Below are positions 56,378 through 64,000 of a stretch of 64,000 bases of DNA, piece by piece. The stretch lies in assembly GCA_023666145.1 (NCBI GenBank), contig JAMPCO010000003.1, positions 3,027 to 67,026 on the forward strand, read 5' to 3'. Under the pieces are notes generated by a model that was not told the origin of the DNA, did no database searches, and worked only from the letters and a program-made list of their open reading frames with translations. Each line of letters starts with the position of its first letter. The first letter of the stretch is position 1. Position numbers and translations under genes: made by a program. The DNA comes from Prevotella sp. Its GTDB lineage: Bacteria > Bacillota > Clostridia > Christensenellales > UBA1242.

Positions 56378-56923
56378 ATGAACAATAAAGAAGTGCGCAA
56401 ATATGATTTAGTGGTACAAATCGGTAACCAAGGTGGTGCGTTGGCAATTAAAGAATTGGCCACCATTGATTTTAATTTGGCGGTCGATATGTGGGAATAC
56501 AAATTACTGAAAGATATCAATGCGTTTGCGGGGGATGATATTTTTGAAATTTTGGAAAACGTTTCCGAAAGTAAATTGCGCGCGGCGGTGTTGGGTAATT
56601 CCGCTTTATTAAAATTGATTTATGGTGCCAGCGAAGACAGTTGCAGTGGTGCCAATTTACAATTCTTGGCGTCTTTGATTGTGGCATCCAAAATTAACGA
56701 AGCCGAAGAAATTTTGAAAATGGTGAAAAATAATGGGACGGGTGATTTTACCGAACGGATGCGTGCCGTTGTCGATGCGGTTTTTGCGTTATCCATGGGC
56801 AAGACTGGCACGAAGAAAGCCACATTGAACCACAAACAAACCATTTTGTTGTTTGACTTTGTGTCGAAAATGAAAACGGGCACAACGAAAAATTTGTTAA
56901 CGCAACGCTTAAAAGAATTGTAA
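56378..56923 (+). CDS. Hypothetical all-helical cytoplasmic protein
   Basis: 181 aa with no TM helix and no recognisable motif. Its stop directly abuts the mnmG stop (convergent, 0 nt gap). Confidence 0.6.
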   Translation: MNNKEVRKYDLVVQIGNQGGALAIKELATIDFNLAVDMWEYKLLKDINAFAGDDIFEILENVSESKLRAAVLGNSALLKLIYGASEDSCSGANLQFLASLIVASKINEAEEILKMVKNNGTGDFTERMRAVVDAVFALSMGKTGTKKATLNHKQTILLFDFVSKMKTGTTKNLLTQRLKEL

Positions 56924-58687
56924 TTAACCTTGCTTCCGTAAATGAATTAGCAAGACCGTGATGTCGGCGGGGGTGACGCCCGAAATGCGGGTGGCTTGAC
57001 CGACACTCAGCGGTTTAATTTGGTTTAACTTGATTTGGGCTTCGCGGCGCAAACCCGTGACTGTCTCGTAATCCAGTTCGGGGGAAAGCAGCGTGGCTTC
57101 TTGGCGTTTGATTTCCGCAATTGCGGATTGTTCGCGGGCAATGTAACCCGCGTATTTAATTTCGGTGGTAATTTGTTCCAATAAAGCAGCAGGTTGGTCG
57201 GTGATAAATTCACCGAGCGTATGACCTTGTTTGGCCACTTCTTGGCGCATTTTGGGCGTCACCATTTGGCGAATTTCCGCTAAGTGTTTTTGCTTGGTGG
57301 TAAAGACCTGATAACGGTGGTCGTCAACCAAACCGATTGCACGGCCGATGGGGGTCAAACGTTCATCGGCATTGTCTTGGCGTAAAGACAAGCGGTATTC
57401 CGCGCGGGCGGTAAACATCCGATAAGGTTCCAAAGTGCCTTCCGTGGTCAAGTCGTCAATTAACACACCAATGTAGGAATTGGTGCGCGATAAGATCAAA
57501 GGGCTTTGTGCGTTGATTTCCCGTACCGCGTTGATACCCGCCACTAAACCTTGCGCGGCGGCTTCTTCGTAGCCACTGGTACCATTGATTTGTCCCGCAC
57601 AATAAAGGCCACGGTACCGTTTATGTCGCAATGTCGGTAACAATTCTAACGGGTCAATGCAAGTATACTCAATCGCATAACCCGCCCGGACAATCGACAC
57701 GTGTTCCAGACCTTTAATGCTGTGAATGAATTGGTCTTGCACGGCGGCCGGTAAAGAACTGGATAAACCTTGTAAATAAATTTCGCGGCTGGACAGACTT
57801 TCGCGTTCCAAAAAAGTTTGGTGGCGTGTGCGGTCGGCGAAACGGGTCACTTTGTCTTCGATACTGGGGCAGTAGCGGGGGCCAACGCCCACAATTAAAC
57901 CGCTGTACATGGCGGATTCTTGGATGTGGTCGCGAATAATTTGATGGGTAGTTTCGTTGGTATAGGTCAAATAGCACGGGCAAACATTTTTAATGGGTTG
58001 GGTTGCCAAAAAAGAAAAGGCGCGAATGTTGTCATCGCCGTTTTGAATTTCCGTTTGGTCGTAATCAATGGTATCCATGTCGACGCGGGCGGGGGTGCCA
58101 GTTTTGAAGCGGCGGATGGTAATCCCCATAGCGGTCAATGATTGTTCCAAGGTGGTGGCGTTCGGCAAACCAGCGGGACCTTCGTGTTTCACTTGGTTCC
58201 CCACAAAAGTATCGCTGTTCAAATAGGTGCCCGTCGCCACAATCACCGCACGGCAGGTCACAGGAGTGCCGTGCAAAATTACGCCCGTAATCTGTTGGTC
58301 TCGCCAGGTGATGGCGGTAACTTCGCCAATCGCCAACGTTAAATGGGGGGTGTGTTTTAACAAATCTAACATGGCTGTGTGGTAACGGACTTTGTCAATT
58401 TGGGCGCGGAGACTGCGCACCGCGGGGCCTTTGGCGGCGTTTAACATCCGAATTTGGATGGCGGTTTGGTCCGCCAAAAGTCCCATAATCCCGCCCAGCG
58501 CATCAATTTCGCAAACTAAATGTCCCTTAGCGGTGCCGCCAATCGACGGGTTGCAGGGTAACATTCCAATACTGCGTTCGTCCAATGTGGTCAGCAAAAC
58601 GCGCTGACCCAATTTGGCGGCGGCTACCGCGGCCTCACAACCAGCGTGCCCAGCCCCAATCACTACGATGTCATAATCGTTGGTCAT
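56924..58687 (-). CDS. mnmG: tRNA uridine 5-carboxymethylaminomethyl modification enzyme MnmG (GidA)
   Basis: FAD motif YDIVVIGAGHAGCEAA and GidA core motifs (GPRYCPSIEDK, GQINGTSGYEEAAAQG). AGGAGG Shine-Dalgarno upstream. Confidence 0.97.
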   Translation of the reverse strand: MTNDYDIVVIGAGHAGCEAAVAAAKLGQRVLLTTLDERSIGMLPCNPSIGGTAKGHLVCEIDALGGIMGLLADQTAIQIRMLNAAKGPAVRSLRAQIDKVRYHTAMLDLLKHTPHLTLAIGEVTAITWRDQQITGVILHGTPVTCRAVIVATGTYLNSDTFVGNQVKHEGPAGLPNATTLEQSLTAMGITIRRFKTGTPARVDMDTIDYDQTEIQNGDDNIRAFSFLATQPIKNVCPCYLTYTNETTHQIIRDHIQESAMYSGLIVGVGPRYCPSIEDKVTRFADRTRHQTFLERESLSSREIYLQGLSSSLPAAVQDQFIHSIKGLEHVSIVRAGYAIEYTCIDPLELLPTLRHKRYRGLYCAGQINGTSGYEEAAAQGLVAGINAVREINAQSPLILSRTNSYIGVLIDDLTTEGTLEPYRMFTARAEYRLSLRQDNADERLTPIGRAIGLVDDHRYQVFTTKQKHLAEIRQMVTPKMRQEVAKQGHTLGEFITDQPAALLEQITTEIKYAGYIAREQSAIAEIKRQEATLLSPELDYETVTGLRREAQIKLNQIKPLSVGQATRISGVTPADITVLLIHLRKQG

Positions 58688-58696
58688 GCTGTCCTC

Positions 58697-59974
58697 CTAT
58701 TTCCCCAAACAAAATTTGGCGAAAATTTCATCCAAAGTCCGTTCGTCAACGTTGGTCCCCGTAATTTTGCCAATGTAACTTAACGCCAAAGTAATGTTGG
58801 CGGCAATTTGATCCAAAGGGGCTTGGGTGTCAATTGTTGTGAGTAATCGGTATGCTTGCGTCAACAGGTTGGCTTGGCGTTCGTTTGTTACACAAACCAA
58901 GTTGCTGATGGGCGTGGTACGGGTGGCCAGTTCCACGATTTTGGGTAAAATCAACGCCACATTTTTACCAGTTTTCGCGGAAACCGCGATGCCGTCCGTG
59001 GGTATGTCAGAACAAAGGTCACATTTGTTATAAACAATGATGTGTTTTTTGTCACGCGGGAAATCGACCATGACACGGGTAGTAGCGTCGACCACGACCA
59101 ACAAGATATCTGCTTCTTGTAAGATGGCTTTGGCACGGGCAATGCCTTGCTGTTCAATGACTGATGTGGCGGTGTCGTGAATACCCGCCGTATCGATGAA
59201 ATTGATTTTGATGCCTTGGTAGGTAATTTTTTCCGTAATCGCGTCGGTCGTGGTGCCTGCAATGTCGGTTACAATGCTGCGGTTGTTACCAATTAACGCG
59301 TTGAACAGGCTGCTTTTCCCCGCGTTGGGACAACCAATTAAACAAACGTTAATCCCGTTTTTAATGATTTGCCCGTGGTCGGCCGTCGCCAGCAGTTGGG
59401 CAATGGTGTCTTTCGCACGGTTGATTGGTGCCATGGGAACATCTGGTGATACCAAATCTTCGGGATAATCCAAGTAAGCGTCAATTTGGGCGCGCGCATC
59501 AATTAGATCGTTTTCCACCGTGGACATTAAAGTCTGCAATTCACCTGCCATGAGGCGCGCGGCATTTTGCAATTCGGCATCGGATTCGGCATGAATTAAG
59601 TCCAAAGTGCTTTCGGCTTGACTTAACGTCATTTTATTGTTTAACACGGCCAGGCGGGTGAATTCGCCTGGTTCCGCGGGGGTTGCCCCGTGTTGAACCG
59701 CGGTCTGCATGATCCGGTTGATTAAATGCCACCCGCCGTGGGCTTGAATTTCGACGACATCTTCGCCCGTAAAACTGTGTGGGGCAGGGAAATAAAGGGC
59801 AATGACCGTGTCGGTAAAATTTTTACCGCGGAGTAGCCCTAACGTCGCGTGGCGCGGTTGCAACGGGCGATCAAACATTTGGGCAGTAATCGACAGCGCG
59901 TTTGCCCCCGAAAGCCGCACAATACCCACTCCGCCAAAGCCAACTGGTGTCGCAATCCCAACAATGGTTTTCAT
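58697..59974 (-). CDS. mnmE: tRNA modification GTPase MnmE (TrmE)
   Basis: N-terminus TIVGIATPVGFGGVGIVRLSG, G-domain GCPNAGKSSLFNAL and DTAG, and the C-terminal FCLGK motif. Confidence 0.96.
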   Translation of the reverse strand: MKTIVGIATPVGFGGVGIVRLSGANALSITAQMFDRPLQPRHATLGLLRGKNFTDTVIALYFPAPHSFTGEDVVEIQAHGGWHLINRIMQTAVQHGATPAEPGEFTRLAVLNNKMTLSQAESTLDLIHAESDAELQNAARLMAGELQTLMSTVENDLIDARAQIDAYLDYPEDLVSPDVPMAPINRAKDTIAQLLATADHGQIIKNGINVCLIGCPNAGKSSLFNALIGNNRSIVTDIAGTTTDAITEKITYQGIKINFIDTAGIHDTATSVIEQQGIARAKAILQEADILLVVVDATTRVMVDFPRDKKHIIVYNKCDLCSDIPTDGIAVSAKTGKNVALILPKIVELATRTTPISNLVCVTNERQANLLTQAYRLLTTIDTQAPLDQIAANITLALSYIGKITGTNVDERTLDEIFAKFCLGK

Positions 59975-60225
59975 GATTGATCAATCATAGCATTAAATTC
60001 CAAAATATCAAAGGGGATACTTTCGATAAAGTCGCGTTGTTTTAATTTCAAAAGGTTAAAAGCCAAAAAATTATCAATTTGGGATTGGGTAATTATGGGC
60101 GTCGGAATTTTCAGTGCGGCGGCGATTTGCGTGACGCCATCGTAAAAATGGTCGGGGTCAAGCGGCACCACGACACTGCGTTTGACTTTATGGTCAATGA
60201 TAATTTTGGCCCAGACATTAATCAT
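59971..60225 (-). CDS. Hypothetical 84-aa protein, first gene of the mnmE-mnmG operon
   Basis: ATGA overlap with the mnmE start. Its promoter lies 8 nt upstream. I recognised no family. It occupies the position usually held by jag/yidC genes. Confidence 0.6.
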   Translation of the reverse strand: MINVWAKIIIDHKVKRSVVVPLDPDHFYDGVTQIAAALKIPTPIITQSQIDNFLAFNLLKLKQRDFIESIPFDILEFNAMIDQS

Positions 60226-60233
60226 TTGGTTTC

Positions 60234-60262
60234 ATTATAATCCTTTCAGTGGGGTTCGGCAA
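60234..60262 (-). promoter_or_regulatory. sigmaA-type promoter of the 84aa-mnmE-mnmG operon (leaderless-type)
   Basis: Minus strand: TTGCCG (60262-60257), 17 nt spacer, TATAAT (60239-60234), 8 nt, then ATG (60225). Confidence 0.6.
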
Positions 60263-60286
60263 GGCATTGCGACGGGAAAAAATAAT

Positions 60287-60315
60287 TTGCGCAAACGGGG
60301 TGTTACAGGTATCAT
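60287..60315 (+). promoter_or_regulatory. sigmaA-type promoter of the GT2 gene (leaderless-type)
   Basis: TTGCGC (60287-60292), 17 nt spacer, TATCAT (60310-60315), 6 nt, then ATG (60322). Confidence 0.5.
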
Positions 60316-60321
60316 ATACGT

Positions 60322-61260
60322 ATGGGGAAAATTTCTTTATTGTTGCCAGTCTATAATGAACAAGTTATTTTGCGCGATGTGTTGGCGAAATACATTGCCG
60401 ATTTAGAAAATTTGCGTTTGAAAATGCAATACCAATGGGAAATTATTGCGGTCGATGATTGCAGTGATGATGAGTCGCGGTTGATTATGTTAGATTTTGC
60501 CCGCCGTCATCATAATTTCCGCATTGTCACGTTGGCACAGCGTTCGGGCAAACATACGGCGGTCACCGCGGGGTTAAGTGTGGCGTCGGGTGATTTAGTT
60601 TTGATTGCCGAAATCAGTTTGCAAAACCCTATGGGCTTGTTGGAAAACATGGTTAAAGAACATTTGGCCAGTGGTGCACAGATTATTTATGGCTACCGCC
60701 AGTTTAATGGTTGGCGCCGCCGTAAAGCCTTAATCACCGACCGTTTAACCCGTTTGGCGTGTAAATTGTTTGTCTTGGACGGTTATTTTACGGGGATTGT
60801 GAACGCCGAATTGTACACCGCCGATGTGGCTGCGGTGTTACGTGACAATCCGTCCAAAACGAAATATATGCGTTCGATGAATAACTGGGTTGGTTGGAAA
60901 ACGCAAGAATATTGGTACGCCAGTGAATATACTGACACCGAAGCCAAAATTAAAATGGAACAATTACGCGCCCGTACCCACCGACATACCCGTTTCAAAA
61001 AGAGTGGTCATGTTGCGCCTGTCAACATTTGGTGGGGCATTTTGTATTTGGTGGTTGCGGCGGCGGCTTTTATCTTGGGCGGCACTTTGCTGACGGTGGC
61101 ACACCCAGGTGTGATTGGCACGATATTTACGGTGGGTTCCGCGGGGATTGTGTTAGCCTTGTTGTCCTTTTTGCGCGCTTTGTTATTGGAACACATTGGC
61201 AAAATCAGTTACCGCGCGGGCGAAGTGGTTTATGAGATTAAATCAATCATCAATCGTTAA
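60322..61260 (+). CDS. Family-2 glycosyltransferase, GtrB/polyprenyl-phosphate glycosyltransferase-like, 2 C-terminal TM helices
   Basis: ISLLLPVYNE and IIAVDDCSDDES match the family, and the C-terminal membrane hairpin is as in GtrB. The DxD region reads IAEISLQNP where GtrB has IDVDLQDP. Confidence 0.85.
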   Translation: MGKISLLLPVYNEQVILRDVLAKYIADLENLRLKMQYQWEIIAVDDCSDDESRLIMLDFARRHHNFRIVTLAQRSGKHTAVTAGLSVASGDLVLIAEISLQNPMGLLENMVKEHLASGAQIIYGYRQFNGWRRRKALITDRLTRLACKLFVLDGYFTGIVNAELYTADVAAVLRDNPSKTKYMRSMNNWVGWKTQEYWYASEYTDTEAKIKMEQLRARTHRHTRFKKSGHVAPVNIWWGILYLVVAAAAFILGGTLLTVAHPGVIGTIFTVGSAGIVLALLSFLRALLLEHIGKISYRAGEVVYEIKSIINR

Positions 61261-61284
61261 TCATTTAGAAAGGAGAAAATTAAA

Positions 61285-62289
61285 ATGAGAATTGGCATCA
61301 ATGGTTTTGGACGGATTGGGCGTTTAATGTTGCGCAACACCTTACAACGCAAGGATGCGACCGTGGTCGCGGTGAACGACCCGTTCGTCACTTTGGATTA
61401 TGCCGCGTATTTGCTGACTTATGATACCGTACACGGCCAATTAAATGCCGACATCAAAGTTGACGACGCGCAAAAGGCTTTAATCATTAACGGGCAGACC
61501 GTTAAATTTTATACTGAAAAAGAACCCATCAATATTCCGTGGGGTAAAAATCGGGTGGATGTGGTGATAGAAGCCACGGGGGTTTTTTTAACCAGTGAAA
61601 AATGCCAAGCCCACTTGGACGCTGGCGCTGGGAAAGTCATTATCACCGCACCCGCGAAAGACCAAGTTACCCCGACTTATGTGATGGGGGTTAACGAAAA
61701 AACTTACCAACCAACCCAGCGTATCATTTCCAACGCTTCGTGTACCACCAATTGCCTGGCACCGTTGTGTAAAGTGATTCACGGCCGTTTTGGTATTGAA
61801 AACGGTTTGATGACCACAGTGCACGCGGTGACCGCGACCCAAAATACCGTGGACGGCGCCAGCGCGAAAAATTGGCGTTTGGGACGTGCGGCGTATCACA
61901 ACATGATTCCGTCAACCACGGGAGCCGCCAAAGCGGTGGGGTTGGTCATCCCCGACTTAGCAGGTAAATTAACGGGAACCAGTTTGCGCGTGCCAGTGGA
62001 TAATGTTTCCGTGGTGGATTTGACCTGCACTTTGCAAAAAGCGGCTTCGCAAGCGGAAATCTGTGCCGCCTTAAAAGATGCCAGCGAACACGAATTGAAA
62101 GGCATCTTGCAATACACCGAAGTACCCGTAGTTTCCAGTGACATTATTGGCAATCCGCACACCGCGGTCTTTGATGCCAAAGCCAGTGTTTTTTTAAACG
62201 ACCATTTCGTGAAATTGTTGGCATGGTACGACAACGAATGGGGCTACAGCGTAAAAACCGTCGACTTGGCGGTGCATATTGGCAAATAA
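61285..62289 (+). CDS. gap: Glyceraldehyde-3-phosphate dehydrogenase
   Basis: INGFGRIGR, active site [12 protein letters not shown], and [14 protein letters not shown] Shine-Dalgarno 9 nt upstream. Confidence 0.98.
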   Translation: MRIGINGFGRIGRLMLRNTLQRKDATVVAVNDPFVTLDYAAYLLTYDTVHGQLNADIKVDDAQKALIINGQTVKFYTEKEPINIPWGKNRVDVVIEATGVFLTSEKCQAHLDAGAGKVIITAPAKDQVTPTYVMGVNEKTYQPTQRIISNASCTTNCLAPLCKVIHGRFGIENGLMTTVHAVTATQNTVDGASAKNWRLGRAAYHNMIPSTTGAAKAVGLVIPDLAGKLTGTSLRVPVDNVSVVDLTCTLQKAASQAEICAALKDASEHELKGILQYTEVPVVSSDIIGNPHTAVFDAKASVFLNDHFVKLLAWYDNEWGYSVKTVDLAVHIGK

Positions 62290-62318
62290 TTGACTGTCGA
62301 TAAAAATCAAAGTACACT
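62290..62318 (+). promoter_or_regulatory. sigmaA-type promoter upstream of the DUF1963 gene
   Basis: TTGACT (62290-62295), 17 nt spacer, TACACT (62313-62318), 5 nt, then GTG (62324). The first ATG is at 62336. Confidence 0.45.
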
Positions 62319-62323
62319 TTGCT

Positions 62324-63295
62324 GTGAACAAACAAATGAAGTTTTTTCGCAAAACTGCGATGATTTCACTGATATTGGGTATGGGATTTTTATTACTCTG
62401 TGTCGTTGCGTCAAGTGCATCGGATGGTTCTGATTTAGTTGCAATGATTCAGTTATTCAGTTTGATTTTCGGGTTGGTTTTAATTACTTTATCGGTTGAG
62501 TCTTGGAAAAAATATCGTCAAGCATGGAAACAAAACGGGAAAGCAATTTCAGATGAACGCCACGTTGCTAAAAAATTTCCTAAATGGGTACAACGGTTTG
62601 AACACCTGACTAAAACCGCCGCTAAACTTGTACGGTCCAATGAAAATAGGCAAATATTTTCTAAATTTGGTGGTTTGCCTCAGGTGCCTGCTGATTTCAA
62701 ATGGCCAACTTGTAACAACGAACCAGTTCCGTTTTTGTTACAACTTGATTTTGCGGAAATCAATGTCAATGGGCAGTTAAAAAATTTCCCCACATCGGGA
62801 TTGTTGTATGTATTTGTTGAAGAAGATGCTACCGAAGATTATCATAACCTGAAAATTTTATTTTTTGAACCAACAGAAAATCTAGCATTGGCGCATCAAC
62901 CGCAGAATTTATCTACCATTTTCCGAGAAATTTATGTTGCTCCTGAACTGATTAAAACCTATCCTGCTGTTGAGGATTGTGCCGAAGCCACCCAAATTTG
63001 TGATACTGAATCAGACAAAAATCTGCATCGTGCTTATGATGTGTTGTGTTGGAAAAACATGGACAGTCATTTGGTCGGTGGTTGGGCAAGTTATGTTCAA
63101 GAGGGTTGGTTTATGCGGGAGCAAGACAATCCCAGTGACTGGGTGTTACTGTGTCAAATTGCTAGTGAATGTTCAACCAATGGGGAAGGTGACTTCATGT
63201 GGGGGGATGCGGGAACAATTTACATTTATATCCGTGAAAAAGACCTCATAGCGCGCAATTTTGACAACGTTAAGTTAGATATGCAATGCGGTTAA
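62324..63295 (+). CDS. DUF1963 (YwqG-like) domain protein with two N-terminal TM helices
   Basis: FGGLPQVPADFKWP...PVPFLLQLDF and WGDAGTIYIYI match the DUF1963 pattern. The N-terminus has two hydrophobic helices. The start is either GTG at 62324 or ATG at 62336. Confidence 0.8.
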   Translation: MNKQMKFFRKTAMISLILGMGFLLLCVVASSASDGSDLVAMIQLFSLIFGLVLITLSVESWKKYRQAWKQNGKAISDERHVAKKFPKWVQRFEHLTKTAAKLVRSNENRQIFSKFGGLPQVPADFKWPTCNNEPVPFLLQLDFAEINVNGQLKNFPTSGLLYVFVEEDATEDYHNLKILFFEPTENLALAHQPQNLSTIFREIYVAPELIKTYPAVEDCAEATQICDTESDKNLHRAYDVLCWKNMDSHLVGGWASYVQEGWFMREQDNPSDWVLLCQIASECSTNGEGDFMWGDAGTIYIYIREKDLIARNFDNVKLDMQCG

Positions 63296-63303
63296 AATAA
63301 TTT

Positions 63304-63651
63304 TTAATCGTTGTCTTCGGGTGGCACGCCGTAAAGGTATTGTAACGGGTTGCGGGACAATTCGACAATCGCATCGAAGTCGTCGTCGGGGGCGGCTTTG
63401 TTGTTGTGGTAAGCGCCGCAGGTGTCGCAATGGTAATTGATAATGGTACCCTTTTTGCTGTTTTGCGTGATGCCGATTGGTACCAACAAACCGTGGCACT
63501 CGTTGGCGCGGTCGCCAGGGTTAATGTCCACATGCAACGAATACAGGCAAGCCGTGCAATGGTCGCGCGACGACGAAAGCAAGGGCGGAATGTAACGCCC
63601 ACAATGCTGGCAAGTAAAACCAGCATCGTTTTTGGTAAAACGTTTATGCAT
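63304..63651 (-). CDS. RNHCP-domain zinc-ribbon protein
   Basis: The ATG at 63651 gives MHKRFTKNDAGFTCQHCGRYIPPLLSSSRDHCTACLYSLHVD..., the RNHCP-type motif, plus HCDTCG. It overlaps the stop of the upstream ORF by 8 nt. Confidence 0.75.
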   Translation of the reverse strand: MHKRFTKNDAGFTCQHCGRYIPPLLSSSRDHCTACLYSLHVDINPGDRANECHGLLVPIGITQNSKKGTIINYHCDTCGAYHNNKAAPDDDFDAIVELSRNPLQYLYGVPPEDND

Positions 63652-64000
63652 GAGTGGGGTCTTGTGGGTGTGACGGAGTTTTTTGGTCGTTTCCATTAGC
63701 GGTTTCCTTTGGTTTGGTCGTCTTTTTCGTGGTCGTGGTTTGCTTTGGAGCGGTCGGTTTTTTCGTCGCGGGAGTGGTGGACTTGTCCGCTGTGGCAACC
63801 GTTGGTTGGGGTGTTTCGACAACGACCAGGGTGGGATATTTTTCCAACGATTCAAAATCGATGGTCGGGATGGGTGGAATTTTGCCCGTTTGACGGACGT
63901 ATTGACGCGCTAGTTCGCAATTTTGACGTAATTTGACCACGTGTTCTTCGGTCACCAATTTTTCTTGTAAATGCAAATTAGCAATGTCCAGCGCACGGGT
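63644..64000 (-). CDS. C-terminal part of a hypothetical protein with Thr/Lys/Pro-rich tail (gene starts beyond window end)
   Basis: The reading frame stays open to position 64000 (..TRALDIANLHLQEKLVTEEHVVKLRQNCELARQYVRQTGKIPPIP...TTTTKKTTKPKETANG). The track's TTG at 63976 is internal. Confidence 0.6.
   Translation of the reverse strand, partial: TRALDIANLHLQEKLVTEEHVVKLRQNCELARQYVRQTGKIPPIPTIDFESLEKYPTLVVVETPQPTVATADKSTTPATKKPTAPKQTTTTKKTTKPKETANGNDQKTPSHPQDPTHA

Noticed and set aside
1-64000. Mobile elements, prophage, CRISPR arrays, tRNA or rRNA genes, and defence islands.
   Set aside because: No integrase, transposase, recombinase, Cas or phage structural-like proteins appear among the ORFs. 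Intergenic regions are all under 150 nt, which leaves no room for arrays or structured RNA genes. I saw no long direct or inverted repeats by eye, though a computational repeat scan was not possible.

Overview
The window is a compact, almost fully coding stretch of chromosome from an endospore-forming Firmicute-like bacterium (spoIIE, cwlD and a gerA-type operon are present). GC content looks moderate by eye. I found no rRNA, tRNA, CRISPR array, transposase or integrase. About 56 CDS are supported. They include a complete Enterococcus-hirae-type V-ATPase operon (small stalk gene-I-K-E-C-F-A-B, with B running off the 5' edge), a P-type Ca2+-ATPase, rluB, two tandem SurE paralogs, cmk, Asp23-nusB-xseA-xseB-recN, corA and a 1466-aa surface protein with an overlapping membrane-tethered wHTH gene. 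Further along are uvrB, NfeD/SPFH, an orphan RND pump, an ABC-F protein, a cwlD/cysteine-rich/TM cluster, a pair of ABC half-transporters, secA, spoIIE, recR, a comEC core, holA, a U32 peptidase and addBA. The last stretch carries a reduced gerA-like operon, class-I LysRS, mnmE-mnmG, a GT2 enzyme, gap, a DUF1963 protein and an RNHCP protein. The most interesting observations are these. (1) In the heterodimeric ABC-exporter pair, both composite ATP sites have lost their catalytic motifs. (2) An 87-aa protein with 21 cysteines lies downstream of cwlD and is followed by a membrane protein with a near-consensus sigmaG-type promoter. (3) About 18 transcription-unit starts show -35/-10 promoter hexamers 4-10 nt upstream of the start codon with no Shine-Dalgarno, which suggests widespread leaderless mRNAs. 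(4) The ABC-F protein has one coherently degenerate ATP site. (5) Both tandem SurE paralogs lack the catalytic Asp-Asp. All motif alignments were done by eye, and start codons of several genes are inferred. No database search was possible.
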